Shown here: piece by piece, positions 13,550-27,522 of the stretch | Numbering within the stretch: the first letter of the stretch is position 1 | Layout: each line of letters starts with the position of its first letter | Source of the DNA: Eledone cirrhosa | Taxonomy: Eukaryota | Length of the DNA stretch: 64,000 nt | Direction: 5' to 3' | Assembly (NCBI GenBank): GCA_964016885.1 | Contig: OZ024745.1 | Location: forward strand, 106,516,001-106,580,000 | The notes under the pieces: model-generated | Databases searched by the model: none | The model's input: the letters and a program-made list of their open reading frames with translations, nothing else | What the model was told of the DNA's origin: nothing | Program-made: the position numbers and the translations under genes

Positions 13550-13860
13550 TTGTCTGGTCGTGATAAATGAGCAAAAGGTCTAGAAATATGAGGTACCAAG
13601 CATTAGCGAAAGATTCTCCATGATAAAATTCAAGGATTACCAAGCCAGCCATTAGATGTTTCACTTGTACAGGAGGAGTGGAAGGAACCCCTGGTTTAAT
13701 CTATGAAGAAATGTGTAATGTCCTAAACAAATCTCATGAAAACACCCTTTTTGATGCTGTCACTTACACAGAATACGCTAATAGGAAAAACTTCAAAGCT
13801 ATGGATATTGTCTATGCATTGAAGAGGCAAAGATGTTCTCTATATGGATTTGGTGGTTGA
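13550..13860 (+). pseudogene. H4: Histone H4 pseudogene
   Basis: [67 protein letters not shown]; ATG lost, stops and a frameshift; degenerate stem-loop-like AAGGCTTTCTAGGTCAC at ~13880. Confidence 0.92.
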
Positions 13861-16287
13861 ATAAATCGATATTCGTCGCAAGGCTTTCTAGGTCACTGGC
13901 ATTAAGCACATTAACAATATATATATTAATCACCATAGATTGCATGTCATCACCAGCACTTTCAAAAGGATGACATTTATTTGAATTTTCTTTTAACTAC
14001 TTGCCTAGTAACTATTTTGAAATGTGTATTTCAAGTGTTTTAATCCGCAGCTTGTTTATCTCTTCTTTGTTAGTGTGTGACATTATATTATACATATTTT
14101 TTCGTCAGACTAACATTTCTACAAAGTGCACTAATGCATAATTCCAATTTTAACTGATTATTGTACATCCTGTTCATACTTAAGTTACTTAAGTTATACT
14201 TATTGAACTAGTTATTTCATTTAAATTTAAAGGTGAATCCTTAATAAACTGACTTTCCTATTTATTTACCGCTACTTTATTTATTCATTCCTTGCTACGG
14301 AAACAGTCCTGCATTTTTAAAATTAGAAATTCCTAAAATTCGTTTACACAACGTTAGACGTGAAGAGATTTTTAATTTAAAATTATCCAATTGTCTGGAT
14401 TTTAGTAAAGTTTACATTGTAATTTCGTGTCCAGTATTTTTGTTGAAAGTAATGTGTACAAATAAAAATATTTCTTTGGTTGGGAAAGCCCTTGGAAACA
14501 CATGAGGTTCGGTCAATAATGTTATTGAATGTCCATAAAAATTAAAAAAACGTCACGCAGATTTTCAGTTAAAATTGAAACGTAGAATAAACATAACATA
14601 TCATAAAATCATCAGGTTGTGGTGAGTTATATTCTAATGGTTTTTCATCAAGTGAGACATGCTATTCTCTGAATTTCATTTTACTAGCAATTTTGAATTT
14701 TAAAGTGAATTCTATTACATTCATGGCTTTTTCAATATTTATTATTGCGACAGATTATTCTTTATTCAATCTTTAATTTCATAAAGTGTTTCTTCATTAA
14801 CCACTGAACTGTACGTTGCTGAGATATGCACAGCTCGAAAGTAGAAATCTAACAGCAATTTTGTCTTGTATCTAAAATGCATTTTTACTCTTTTAGTTCC
14901 TCACGTTTTTCAATTGCTTTAAATAAATTTACCGAAAACATGTTTGTGAAAGCTGATAAGACTAGTAATGCTTCAGTATGCTTTAGTTTAAGTTAAATTC
15001 ACTAGTTAATATTCCGGGAAATGTTCTCTTAATTTATCCAGCGCTTCAATATTGCGTTTACGTTTAACATACACTAGTTTGGTAACGGGCTCCTAGATAA
15101 AATATATAAAAGGCTCTTAGATCTGTAATGCAGCCTATGGGGAAGTTCGTCCAGTTGACAGGTGTTGCATATTTAAAATATTTCGATAATGCACATTGTG
15201 AGAATATATACGAAACTACATAACACACATTTGCTTATATACTACATACTAATATGACGAATTTCAAATGTCATTTAAAAGCAATATGTCGAAAATATAG
15301 TTCGAATTATGGTTTTTACCTAATATCTGTATTTTTTTAAATTCCATGAGATATCCAATATCATTTCGTATATAAGTAGATTACTTCGGTACTTTTTTTT
15401 GTTTATTTTATTTTCAAATAACAGCTGAATGGTTTCTCTGAACAAGTGAACACCCCTGCAATGGAACCCTCTTCGTTGTCTTTTTTATATATTTCAGCTC
15501 CCGCCCCCTATTCTGCTTTCCCTCACAACTTTTGTGAAAGACCAAAGTAGGGAGAGATATGTTGAGAATAAAATGAAGCTGAAGACAAATCGGAGGCGGG
15601 TTACTTCCTCTCAGATATTTATTTTATGGTTAAGAAATATGTTATCTCAAGTGGGTCGTGTTTGTAGTTTTATGGCATCGTGTTATGCGAAAAATACATT
15701 CCACCAGCAGATTTTTTCGTCTTGCCAAGTAACAATAGTCAGCAGGTCATCAAGATTAGCGGTTATAAGGAAAGAATTTTTATATGAAAAATTAGCTGGA
15801 ATTAGTGATTTATTGCTCTTTTATTATCACTAACATTTTCATTTTTTTTTTTAATTGCTGCCGAGTCACAAATAACTATGCAAGTATAAGTGTTGAAGTG
15901 GTTTCAGTATTCTGCCAAAATTCACATATTTAACATAAAAAAGTATAGCGCTTCTTTTACAAATTCAAAGCATTTGTTTTTAGTAAAGTCAACATTTTAA
16001 ATGTCATCACCTCCACGCAATTCCACCTCTCTCTGATGTAAATAAATATTTCAGTTACTGCCTAGTGTAACTGATTTATCTATCATTATTTTGAATAATC
16101 ACTGATTGAGAAGTAGGATAGTTATGAACTTCATGCATTTTCACAGACATAAATGGAAGGAATATGGCATGAGCGGAACAGATAACGTTTACCAGTGTTA
16201 TAAGTCTATTATTATCAAAGAGCCTATCTATTATCAAAGGCCATCCCATCTTTTATTCAAATTATTTTGACTGCATTATCCAATTGT

Positions 16288-16468
16288 GAATTGGCAGTAT
16301 CGGTAGAGGGTTGGACGCCATGCTTTCTAGCATAGTTACGTCCCTTTACGTTCTGAATTCAAATCCCGCCGAGGTTAACTTTGCCTTTCATCCTTACGGG
16401 GTCAATAAAATAAAGTACTAGTAATGTACTGGGTAATTGCTGGGCTTGTGCCAAAACTAGAAACAATT
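16288..16468 (+). mobile_element. SINE family A
   Basis: Full head and body; near-perfect TSD ATTATCCAAT(T)GTGA. Confidence 0.9.
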
Positions 16469-16604
16469 ATCCAATGTGACCGTCATTTGTAAAGGCGGAT
16501 AAATGATTTGTGGAATTTAGCAGTTATTTCTAGCTTGACAAATGATTCCTTTCGAATCTCTTTCTCTTTCTCTCTCTTTCTCTCTCTTTCTCTCTCTTTC
16601 TCTC

Positions 16605-16652
<48 letters not shown>

Positions 16653-16832
16653 CTATGCCTCAGACAGTTAAGAATATGTAGAGTAATATTAGAAATACTT
16701 TTATTTTAAAAAAATACATAAATCCAGGGAACCTTGATGGGACAGCTATGTAATCACTTAACCGTCTAAAGATAACAGACAAATTTCCCTCAAAGCATAC
16801 TCTTAACTGGTCTGGAAATGAATGCTCTAGAC

Positions 16833-17458
16833 CAGTTGTTCCCAAACTTTTTTACCGCGGAACCCCTTGACATTATCGCGGAATCCTCCTGCACATAAAT
16901 TAAACTAGTAGTTGCGGAAGGCAGTGCTGCATGTTCAGCAATTTCTGTATCTTCTATAGAAGATTTTGTTTCTGTATTTCTTGTAATTTCAGTTCCTTTA
17001 CGCATTTCTTGTTTTTTAACCATCGATCCATTGAAGGGCTTTGAAAATAAAAATGTTACTAAAGCTTAAAAATAAACTCGTTGACATGGAGCAAATGTTT
17101 ATTGATAAAGTATACAGTACGTGCTCACCGTGTGTGACTTGGTACCTATGTTACGTTTAAGAGAGAACTTAAATATTTAAATGAGAGATTCAAATACGCA
17201 AGTTATAATTCTGAGTATTACACGGTGCTCACAGTACACTCTTAATAATGGAATACTACAACCCAACTGAACGATTTGGCTGAGAGCTCTGCAGTGTAAC
17301 ACTGTTTGCATGTTTATATGGGGAGTATATACCGATCATACACGTTACAACTTGTTAGTCTTTATTTTTATAGTAAACTTCAACTTGCGCCTTACGGAAC
17401 ACCTGGGCTTGCTTCACGGAACCTTAGGGTTCCGCGGAACCCACTTTGGGAACCACTG
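16833..17458. mobile_element. hAT (Charlie/Buster-like) MITE
   Basis: TIRs CAGTTGTTCCCAAA / TTTGGGAACCACTG; 8-bp TSD CTCTAGAC; subterminal CGGAAC repeats. Confidence 0.9.
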
Positions 17459-17758
17459 CTCTAGACTATAGGTTTGATCGATCAGTGTTGGCGTGGGGCG
17501 AAGCAGTAATATACGTAAATCTATTTCGTTGCATTTAAACAAACGAAACGTTTGGATCTTTTATTTCTTCCACATCTTTCTCGGCAATTGAATATTTATT
17601 TAAAGTAAATAACAGCAAAACTATATAGTTTCTTTATATTTTGGGATCTTGGACAATAGGATATTCAGTACACTTTAGTCCTTAACTATAGACAGCCACA
17701 TTTCCTACCAATAAGCCAGGACGTGTGTGGGTAATGTAAATAAGTATTTGGTTTACAT

Positions 17759-17942
17759 GTGGATTGGCAGTATCAGTAGAGGGTCGGACGCCATGCTTTC
17801 CAGCATAGTTACGTCCATTTACGATCTGAGTTCAAATCTCGCCGAGGTTGACTTTGCCTTTCATCCTTACGGGGTCGATAAAATAAAGTACCAGTAATGC
17901 ACTGGGTAATTGCTGGCCTTGTGCCTAAAGTAGAAACAATTA
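17759..17942 (+). mobile_element. SINE family A
   Basis: Matches the family consensus end to end. Confidence 0.9.
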
Positions 17943-18437
17943 TCGAACACGTATCATCTAACGAGAGAATGGGTAAACGAAATTAATCTTCAAGCTGTGA
18001 GTTTAATGCCGTTAAATTTATGCCTAGACTATAAGTCAACGCCTGCTTAGAAGGACTAGCTAAAGTTTTATGTAAGAAAGACAAGGTACGGTTGTTAGTG
18101 AAATGAATGGGGGTGGTTAGACACAATATTCGTAATGGGAAAAGCAAAGAAGAATAAAAGATCGAGATAGAAAAGAGCAGTGAGAAAAAAAGAAAGGAGA
18201 CGGTGTGTCTCCGAGGGATAATAACACTCTAGACATTTATAAGAATGCAATCAAATATAGCCACGTGTGTAACAGCAAAGCTCTATTCTGCATTTCACCT
18301 GATCTTTGTATAAGCTTTGTAGATGTTTAAAACTAGAGTGTTTTCTATCTTTAAAGAGAAAGGCGGGTGTTAGTAATGATGGATGTTTGTGTTACCCTCG
18401 GTTACAGTGACACCTAGCATTTGAAGCGAAGATAATG

Positions 18438-18633
18438 ATTTCTGATTCAGGCACAAGGACAATAATTTGGGGGGAGGGGAAAGTGTGTTACGGGTACTTT
18501 ATTTTATTGACCCCGAAATGATGAAAGGCAAAGCAATTCTCGGTGGGATTTGAACTCAGAACGTAAAGGATCGTAACTCTATGCCACAAAGCATGTTGTC
18601 CGACGCTCTACCGATACTACCAATCCACTGCCC
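18438..18633 (-). mobile_element. SINE family A (older variant)
   Basis: Head and central domain present; 14-bp TSD AAGCGAAGATAATG at 18424-18437 and 18640-18653. Confidence 0.85.
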
Positions 18634-20299
18634 TAGTTAAAGCGAAGATAATGGCTCCAGTTATGTTAAGTGTGGTGAAGACTGGTGATGATTTCTTGAC
18701 ATATATACAGTATTTGTTTGTGTATTGTTTTTGTTATTGCTGAAAGAGTCATGATTACTCCAATTATTGTAATGACTATTATGTTCAAAACGAGTGTGAT
18801 GTTTATTAATTAATACTCCTTGACTCTCTACATTAAGTACACGTTATTAACGAAACATTTATGCAGAGCGTGGTACTGTGTATTTTCCTTAGTGCTTGTC
18901 TTAAACGTAGATTTACACATGATGAATGCAGAGGAAGTTGAATGAAATGCTGAAAAGAGCTCGCATAAAGGTTTTAATTTCCACTTGAAGGCTAATCCTA
19001 TTCGCCACTAATTTCTTTTTAAATGTTTCTTGATAATTCGCTAAGATATTTATTTAACTCAATACTTCATATGAAATACATTCCAATATTTAAGCTTTGA
19101 ATGGTTAGTTGAGTTCCTTATTCATCAATATATAATCTATGGATCCGACCCTTTACCTCCCTTTTTTAAAACAAGCAGTGTAATTGCATTCTTTCCCTAA
19201 CTTCTTCGTTAAACATCCGAAAGAATAGGTGCTAGAGTAATATGATACCATATTATGTTTACTATCAAGCTTTATTAACTAGCGAAATTCTTCAAGAATT
19301 TTAACATGTTAGGCGTAGTTAATGATCAGTTTAAAAAATTTATACAATCCTACATTTGTATGAATTTAGTTCCATATCAGTGAAAACAATAAGTGAATGA
19401 AAGTATTAACATTTTAAATGATTTATTTTTGAGATTATTAATTTTCAACATAGTCAATATCATTACATATACAAACCGTGAAGCAATTGTCCGGTTAAAC
19501 TGTGAATCTTAACTATAATAAAGGAGGGTCTGCGGGATTGCGTCCAGAATATATTTGTTTACCCTGTTTGTAAAATAATTTGGATTACTTTGAATAATTA
19601 ATGAATGAATATTACATAATTTATGTGCTAAATTTCGTGGCTGTTGATTAAATATATGTTATAGCTTATTTAAAGATCTTTAAAATTCAATTCTTTAAAA
19701 TTATCAAATTTCAACACTTCCGGTTAGCGGTGGTTATATTATAACACTTATAATCGCATATATTTCCGTCGCTAATTTTCTCCTAATGCAGTTTATATAT
19801 AATGTCGTCTTTTTTTTAAATATATCATGGATTACTGATTACAGAAGACAGTGTAACATAGGTTTTGTTCAATTTCTGTGTATATTGTCAATTACGATTT
19901 TATTTGATGTATCATATTTACATGCATATATATTTGTGTATAATATCAATATACACCATACACATGCTAGCAAAAAAAACCACCCTACGGTTGTTTTTTC
20001 TGCTAGTCACATTAATTGTCCTAGCTTGCAAACCGAATATAGAACTAGATGCAGTTGAATATAATAAAGTTGAAGTAAAATTTTTACAAAAAATTATATT
20101 ATTTGATTTTAGGGGTGCCAATAAACATTAATGCATCGAGCTCCTGTATGCCATTTTATGTATAGGTCCGTAACATTACCCCCCCCCCCCCCGCACACGC
20201 ACACACCCCAGGAGTTCAAAAGGTGGGACAGGGATGGAAATACTTGTCGTTCTTTACAGAAGATGAAAACATTTGTTGTTTCAAAGTAAAAAATTGGGA

Positions 20300-21415
20300 G
20301 CGAGAGTGAGATATGTAGTAGGATAGAGTGAGAGGGAGAGAGTTTGTTGGTTTAATGAGAGAGGGGAAATAAAGAAAGTGAGAGAGAGTAAGGTATGTAG
20401 TAGTATATCGAGAAGATAAGAGAATTTGGTGGCTGAGTGAGAGAACGGGAATAATGAGAGACAGTGAAGTATGTAGTGATATATATAGAGGGGGAGATTG
20501 ATGGGTTGTCTAGTGACAGAGGGGGAATTGTAAGAGCGTGAGGTATGTAGTGGTATAGAGTGAAGGGAAGAGAGTTTGTTGGTTTAGTGAGAGAAGGATA
20601 ATTTTGAGAGAGAGAGTGAGGCCTGAGTGAGATATAGAGAGTGGGGAAATTGGTGGTTTAGTGAGAGGGGGAATTGTGAGAGTGAGAGAGAATGAGGTAT
20701 GTAGTGGAATATAAAGAGGGGGAGAGAATTTATTGATTTAGTAAGAGAGGAGGAATTGTGAGAGAGTGTGAGGTATGTAGTGGGTTATAGAGAGGGGTGA
20801 GAGTTTATTGGCCTAGTGAGAGAGTAGGAGTTAAGAGGGTGACAGAGAGTGAGGTATGTAGTGGAATATATAGAGGGAGAGAGAATTTGGTGGTCTAGTG
20901 AGAGAGGGGCAATTGAGAGAGAGTGTGTTGTATGTAGCGAGATATAGAGAGCGGGAAAGAATTTGTTGGTTTAGTGAGAGAGGGTGAATTAAGAGAGTGA
21001 GTTATGTAGTGAAATACAGTGAGGGGGAGAGAATTTGGTGGTCTAGTAAGAGAGGGGGAATTGTGACAGAGAGTGACGTATGTAGTACGATAGAAAGAGA
21101 GAGAGACATTTTGTTGGTTTAATGAGAGAGAGGAAATTAAGGGAGTGAGAGAGAGAGTGAGGTATGTAGTGAGATATAGAGAGCGGGAGAGTTTTGGTGG
21201 TCTAATGAGAGAGGAGCAATTGTGAAAAAAGAGAGTGAGATATGTATGGTGATATAGAGAGGGGAGTGAATTTGGTGGCTTAGTGAAAGAGGGAAAATTG
21301 TGAGATAGAGTGAGGAATATAGGGAGATAAAGAAAGCGGAAAAGAATTTGTTTGATTAGAGAGAGAGGGGGAATTAAGAGAGTAAAAGTGAGTGAGGTAT
21401 ACATATGCTTTCACA

Positions 21416-21462
<47 letters not shown>

Positions 21463-21528
21463 GTGTGATTAGAGAGAGAGGGGGAATTAAGAGAGTAAAA
21501 GTGAGTGAGGTATACATATGCTTTCACA

Positions 21529-21571
<43 letters not shown>

Positions 21572-21660
21572 GTGTGATTAGAGAGAGAGGGGGAATTAAG
21601 AGAGTAAAAGTGAGTGAGGTATATATATGCTTTCACTCTCACACACACACACACGTATAT
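20300..21660. repeat. GA-rich ~75-bp minisatellite ending in three ~115-bp compound repeats
   Basis: Recurrent GAGAGTGAGGTATGTAGTG..AGAATTTGGTGGTTTAGTGAGAGAGGGGGAATTG units. Confidence 0.85.
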
Positions 21661-21720
21661 ATATATATATGTGTGTGTGTGTGTTGTGTTTGTGTGTGTG
21701 TGTATGTATGTGTGTGAGTC

Positions 21721-21776
<56 letters not shown>

Positions 21777-22182
21777 CATTTAGTTACTCATATTTTCTTT
21801 TCCTATTCCTTTTCGATCGTCTTGAAGACAGTTAATAATGCCGAAAGTCAGATAAATAACATGATCCTTACAAAGGTTGCATTACCAGAAATTTATCAAT
21901 GATATGTCTTTGAAAATGTCGAAGTTCTGCTCGTCAAGAGTGAGAAAGAAATCAATTAGTAAGGATTTTGCAATAAAAGATAATGATACAATAAAGAGAT
22001 GAAATAAGACAATAGGGAATATGTAGCATGTGGAACGTGTGTTTATATGCGTGTGTTTTTGTGTGATTCTGTGGGAAAGAGCGAGATAGAAAGAAAAGAT
22101 AATTTAGTAGTAAGTGAATGTTTTCACAAATTAAAACCCAGAGTAAGACGTGTGTATTCAATCATATATATATATATATACA

Positions 22183-22227
<45 letters not shown>

Positions 22228-22243
22228 ATATATATATATATAT

Positions 22244-22383
<140 letters not shown>

Positions 22384-22386
22384 ATT

Positions 22387-22418
<32 letters not shown>

Positions 22419-22449
22419 TATAATTTATATATATATATATACATATACA

Positions 22450-22602
<153 letters not shown>

Positions 22603-22632
22603 AACAAAAGATGGTTAAAAGAGTTCCATGTA

Positions 22633-22699
22633 TTTTATTATGCGCATTTCAAAAACAAATATCATCATGCAATAATATTTGTGTTTTCATCAGATAAAA
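22633..22699 (-). ncRNA. Type I hammerhead ribozyme (mirror copy)
   Basis: Reverse complement of 22775-22841. Confidence 0.8.
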
Positions 22700-22774
22700 C
22701 AGGAAGACATGATATGAAGGTTAAAAAACACTTGTGGATAGTGCAGTTTTAAATCAACATATCATGTCTTCCTG

Positions 22775-22841
22775 TTTTATCTGATGAAAACACAAATATT
22801 ATTGCATGATGATATTTGTTTTTGAAATGCGCATAATAAAA
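22775..22841 (+). ncRNA. Type I hammerhead ribozyme
   Basis: TTTTAT-CTGATGA-AAACACAAATAT..ATATTTGTTTTT-GAAA-TGCGCA-TA-ATAAAA; perfect 6-bp stem I and palindromic stem III. Confidence 0.85.
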
Positions 22842-22966
22842 TACATGGAACTCTTTTAACCATCTTTTGTTCTTATATATTATGTATACTCCAGTCCTAC
22901 AAACTGTAGAGTGCTTCTTATCCGATATCTGCATTGCTTTATTGTACTACAATAAAACTCACCTCC

Positions 22967-23055
<89 letters not shown>

Positions 23056-23062
23056 TATATAT

Positions 23063-23885
23063 AAATATAAATTCAGCGAGAATCGCATTTCGGCGGGTAG
23101 AAAAAGCGAGACGAAACGCAAAAATCAGGATTATGCTGGCAAGCGCTCCATAGTTAAAAAACCAGAGCGAAACAATATGTTAAAACGCCATACAAACTGA
23201 AATAGTGGTCAAGAAAGCATCAACCACTTAAGCGAAATAGCAAATCAAGCTAAACAGGTCAAACAAAATAAATGATAAAAACACAGACCTGGATCCATTG
23301 GAATTGATGTTAAATCTAAATGCAGGGTTTCTATGACACCTAAATCAAAATACTGTATGCTTAAAATTACAAGCTCTAGGTATAATGATCGAACAAGGAA
23401 TATCATGTTATCAACAGGTATTTTGCTCTGTACCAAATCTTGTGAATGACACAGAGCCGCGTAAAAGCACATGTGTATTTCACAAGGAGAAAAACACCAG
23501 AGTTTTGGCAAATGAATTCAGTATGTGTATATCATGCAAAAAATTGCATAAATAGCACAAATCGAATAAGCACTCAACAAGGTAGTTTTTAAAATAAACT
23601 TAAGCAATTAAGCTGTCACTAAAATTATTAACAGGTTAATTGTAAGACTCGGGAGATTAATACAAATATAAATTCAGCGAGAATCGCATTTCGGCGGGTA
23701 GAAAAAGCGAGACGAAACGCAAAAATCATGATTATGCTGACAAGCGCTCCATAGTTTAAAAAAACAGAGCTAAACAATATGTTAAAACGCCATACAAACT
23801 GAAATAGTGGTCAAGAAATCATCAACCACCTAAGCGAAAAATCAAATCAAGCTAAACAGGTCAAAACAAAATAAATGATAAAAAA
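23063..23885. mobile_element. TA-inserted element with ~220-bp direct terminal repeats (601-bp period)
   Basis: 23063-23280 recurs at 23664-23884; flanked by TA arrays; no HHR core recognised. Confidence 0.6.
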
Positions 23886-23911
23886 ATATATATATATTAT
23901 ATATATATATA

Positions 23912-24055
23912 TGTTTATCCCGAGTTCAATCGGGGGTAACCACACTAAGTACATAGCAGAATATAAATATTTAATATGGAAATGGCTTCTACAGGACTTC
24001 CTGAAGATTTATCCCGAATGAAACAGTTCTAGTCCTGTAGAAGCCATTTCTATAT
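23912..24055. mobile_element. Short inverted PLE-type insert (family I) with HHR at 23997-24043(+)
   Basis: CTTC-CTGAAGA-TTTATCCCGAAT-GAAA-CAG-TTCTAGTC-CTG-TA-GAAG; related to 30000-30126 and 41623-41782. Confidence 0.75.
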
Positions 24056-24072
24056 TATATATATATATATAT

Positions 24073-24103
<31 letters not shown>

Positions 24104-25204
24104 CCGTCGTCATCCTTGCCCAAAAGAAGCACGAGTCGATAAATCTGGATCTCTCCGATTAACATTCAAACAGCCAGACAGAGAGCGATATAATGTTACA
24201 AATTGTATTAAACAAAGAGTCAACGTGAGAGCGTAGAATAGATAAATAAAGTCGGGATTGCGAGCGAGTGAGCGAGCTAGGAGCTTGTAAGGTATAGCAA
24301 AATTTCTCATAGTCAATGAAACTATGAACGTCTAGACGCTATTTATTTACACGGAATCAAGATAAGAAATATTACCAAAGAATTCGATAGGTCCAGATGA
24401 ATCGACAGGACTGGAGAGTGGATTGCATCTGGTACCAAAGATTCTGATGCAGAGAATCGAAACTAATGATATTACCAACTTTTTGGCAGAAGTATCATTA
24501 GAAACTGTTACAATATCTATATGAATACTGACCATTTCTTGAGATAAACTCATTAATTAAAACTAGTCTCCGTAATTCTAAACCATATACATTATTGGCT
24601 TACGTGTTTTTCGCTGGTTTTTTTTCTTCCTTTTTTTTCGATTCCTCTTTTCTCCTTTCTTTGCATGTACTTTCCTTTGATTATTTGCCTGTATCCCTCT
24701 CGTTTCTTTTTCCTCCTTTCGTCCAGTTATTTCCGATTTCTTTTTTTTTATTTTTCTTTACTGTTTCCTTGTTTTATTTCAATATATTTCTTTCTTTCGT
24801 TATTTACTTATTTGCGAGACTGATCACTTTGCTGCCTTATTTTTTTCTGTTATTTGTTATTTTATTCGTTCTTTATCATCTTCGTTTTGTTCTTCGACAT
24901 TTTCCGACTTGCCTTTCTTTTCCATTCTAATTTTTTTCTTTAATTGTTTTGTTCTACTTTATTCAATTTACTTTCCATTTTAATCTAATTTTATCCATTA
25001 TATTTTCTTTCTTGCTTGCTTTCTATATTCTTCCCCTCGGTCTTTCAATACTTTTTCCAAAATTCATTTATTCAATCCTGTTTATACTTCAATTTATCCT
25101 CACACAGCTCTCACTCATTTTGTCTTTCATTGCCTACATTTTAGTGAATAACTAAAATTTTCAAGAAATAATAATATTAGATAGACATTATAAACACTAA
25201 TTAA

Positions 25205-25295
25205 CTCTCTGAGTTCAAATCCCGCTGAGGTCACCTTTGCCTTTTATTCATTCAAAGCCCTAAAAAAAAGTACCAGTCAAGTACTGGGGTCGATT
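25205..25295 (+). mobile_element. Partial diverged SINE
   Basis: GAGTTCAAATCCCGCTGAGGTCACCTTTGCCTTT..AGTACCAGTCAAGTACTGGGGTCGAT. Confidence 0.65.
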
Positions 25296-26869
25296 CTTTA
25301 TCTATATCTATGTTTTACTCTCTATTTTTCTCTGGAAGAAATCTGCTGTATTCAGACATAGAGAGGGTATGGGCTCCACCAGGTTTTAAAAAATGCCCTA
25401 GAAATGCCGTATGCCAATATGGAGCCTCTACGACTTCCGCAAGAGTTATGGGTCCATACATACATAAGCACTAATTAGGACAGTGAATTGGTAGTCGTTA
25501 AAATATTGGGTAAAGAACTCTATTATTTTTTTCGGCTCTCTTATTTTGACTTTGCATTTCATCTCTCCAGGGTCGATAATATATCAGTCAAATAAATGTG
25601 ACATTTCTTCTATTACTTTATTCTCTCTATCTATCTCTCTCTCCCTCTCTCTCCCTCTCTCTATCTCTCTTTATCTATTTATCTATCTTTCTATCTATCT
25701 CTTTCTCTCTAAATATGCTTCCTGGTGGTGTTACGAATGAAGAATTCAAATAACACCTCCACATATCCATTCACTAAAACTTTGTTGTCTCGCTAAGAAA
25801 GACAGAGTAATTATTTCAGTATTTTTGACGGGCTTCCAAACAATTTCTATCGACAAAACTTCACACATATATGTGCGCATGTGTACGTGCATAGAAAAAC
25901 TCCAGCATTTTACCGATCAAAGTGTATAAAGCTTGTTCGAGAGTTACTCAAAATGGCAACACAGTGGTTCGATCCGGGCCTCAGGGTGGATTTCTCATTC
26001 AGAAATGGGCTGAGTATTGTCAATCCAGTTAATTCACATAAATGACAAATAATTTTCTATATAGATGATAAACACAACCACAAGGATATGGTCCGAACGT
26101 AGAAGAACTGAACTCCCTCTGTCAGCACCTCCATCCCCCCCCCCCCCACATCTCTCTGTATGGTGAGCAAATGAGGTCTCACGTGCTGGCCTCCCCACAG
26201 CCCCGGCGGACAGAATGAAGAAGGCGTTTCCCCGAAGGATGGTAAGGGAGATGGTGGTGGAGAGTGGCAGTCATTACCAGCAAAGCAGATTCATCTGTCA
26301 TCCGAGTTTAATATGAAGACCATATCGTCGTCTTCCCTAGATGGGCAAGTAGTCTATTCTCTTGAGCTTGATATCTATTGTGAGACATCTAATATAGAAT
26401 AATGTTAAAAGAGTTTAATTTATATAGGAACCCTTTAAAATGGCGGTTTTTCTTTATAGAAAAATGGTCTGTTTAGGGTTGGTTAGTATCAAAATGGTTC
26501 ATGATAGCAGTGTTGTTTCCATCTTTCATCAGAAAGTTTGCCACTTTTAGTGTTGACCCATTATATGTAAGAAAAATGTATATTCTCAATACATGTGTTT
26601 CACTCATAAAGTTGGTTTGAAAACCATTGATGATTGCATAAATATGAAAAAGAAAGATAAGGGTTTCACAGTCTAAAATCAGGGATATTACTTTCTCAGT
26701 AAAATCTCAGCAACATTACCAGATTCCATAAAAATTAGAAGTTAAACAACGCTACCTTCCTGTGAAATTAAGACATACAAGGGTTTAAGGATAAAATTGA
26801 TCAAAAGATTTTCCTGTCAAAATAGGATAATTACTTACTATATAGTGCAAGTATTCCACTTAGTGATCT

Positions 26870-26923
<54 letters not shown>

Positions 26924-26946
26924 ACACACACACACACATCCACAAA

Positions 26947-26980
<34 letters not shown>

Positions 26981-27333
26981 CATACATACATGTTCGTTTA
27001 TGTAAAACGATTGCCAAGAGGGTTCAATACAAACGAAATAAAATCTGATTTAAAGCCACAATATATATATGTAGATATTTTATTGTGTGTGATTTCAAAT
27101 GTTCAATGGTTGCAGCTTCCTTACTGTTATAACAGTGCACAATCTCATTACCTTGTCTTGATGATGTTGCTGCAGTTATCAGGGATTATGTTGATGCTTT
27201 TCTTCTTTTTTTTCAGCTTTATATCAACTCTGGTCGAACACACGTAAGAGCCAGCCAACGCATCGCTACCTAGAATATTCTGCATGTGTTTCCTAAATGC
27301 AAGGAAGTCAAGCCAACATTATTGAATACGTTC

Positions 27334-27522
27334 GGGCGGTGGATTGGCAGTGTTGGGAGAGGGTCGGACGCCATGCTTTGACATATAGAGTTACGGCCCT
27401 TGCCATTCTGAGTTCAAATCCCGCCGAGGTTAACTTTGCCTTTCATCCTTACGGGGTCGATAAAATAAAGTACCAGTAATGCACTGGGCAATTGCTGGCC
27501 TTGTGCCTAACGTAGAAACAAT
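27334..27522 (+). mobile_element. SINE family A, full length
   Basis: Starts GGGCGGTGGATTGGCAG; 16-bp TSD ATTATYGAATACGTTC. Confidence 0.9.

Noticed and set aside
8900-16250. Possible host exons in the long unique AT-rich stretch
   Set aside because: No ORF with recognisable protein features apart from the H4 pseudogene; small exons cannot be excluded without RNA-seq
19508-19750. Helitron-like start TCTTAACTATAATAAAG
   Set aside because: No convincing 3' hairpin-CTRR end was found
20300-21400. Regularly spaced repeats superficially resembling a CRISPR array
   Set aside because: Eukaryotic context, degenerate tandem units without unique spacers, and no cas genes
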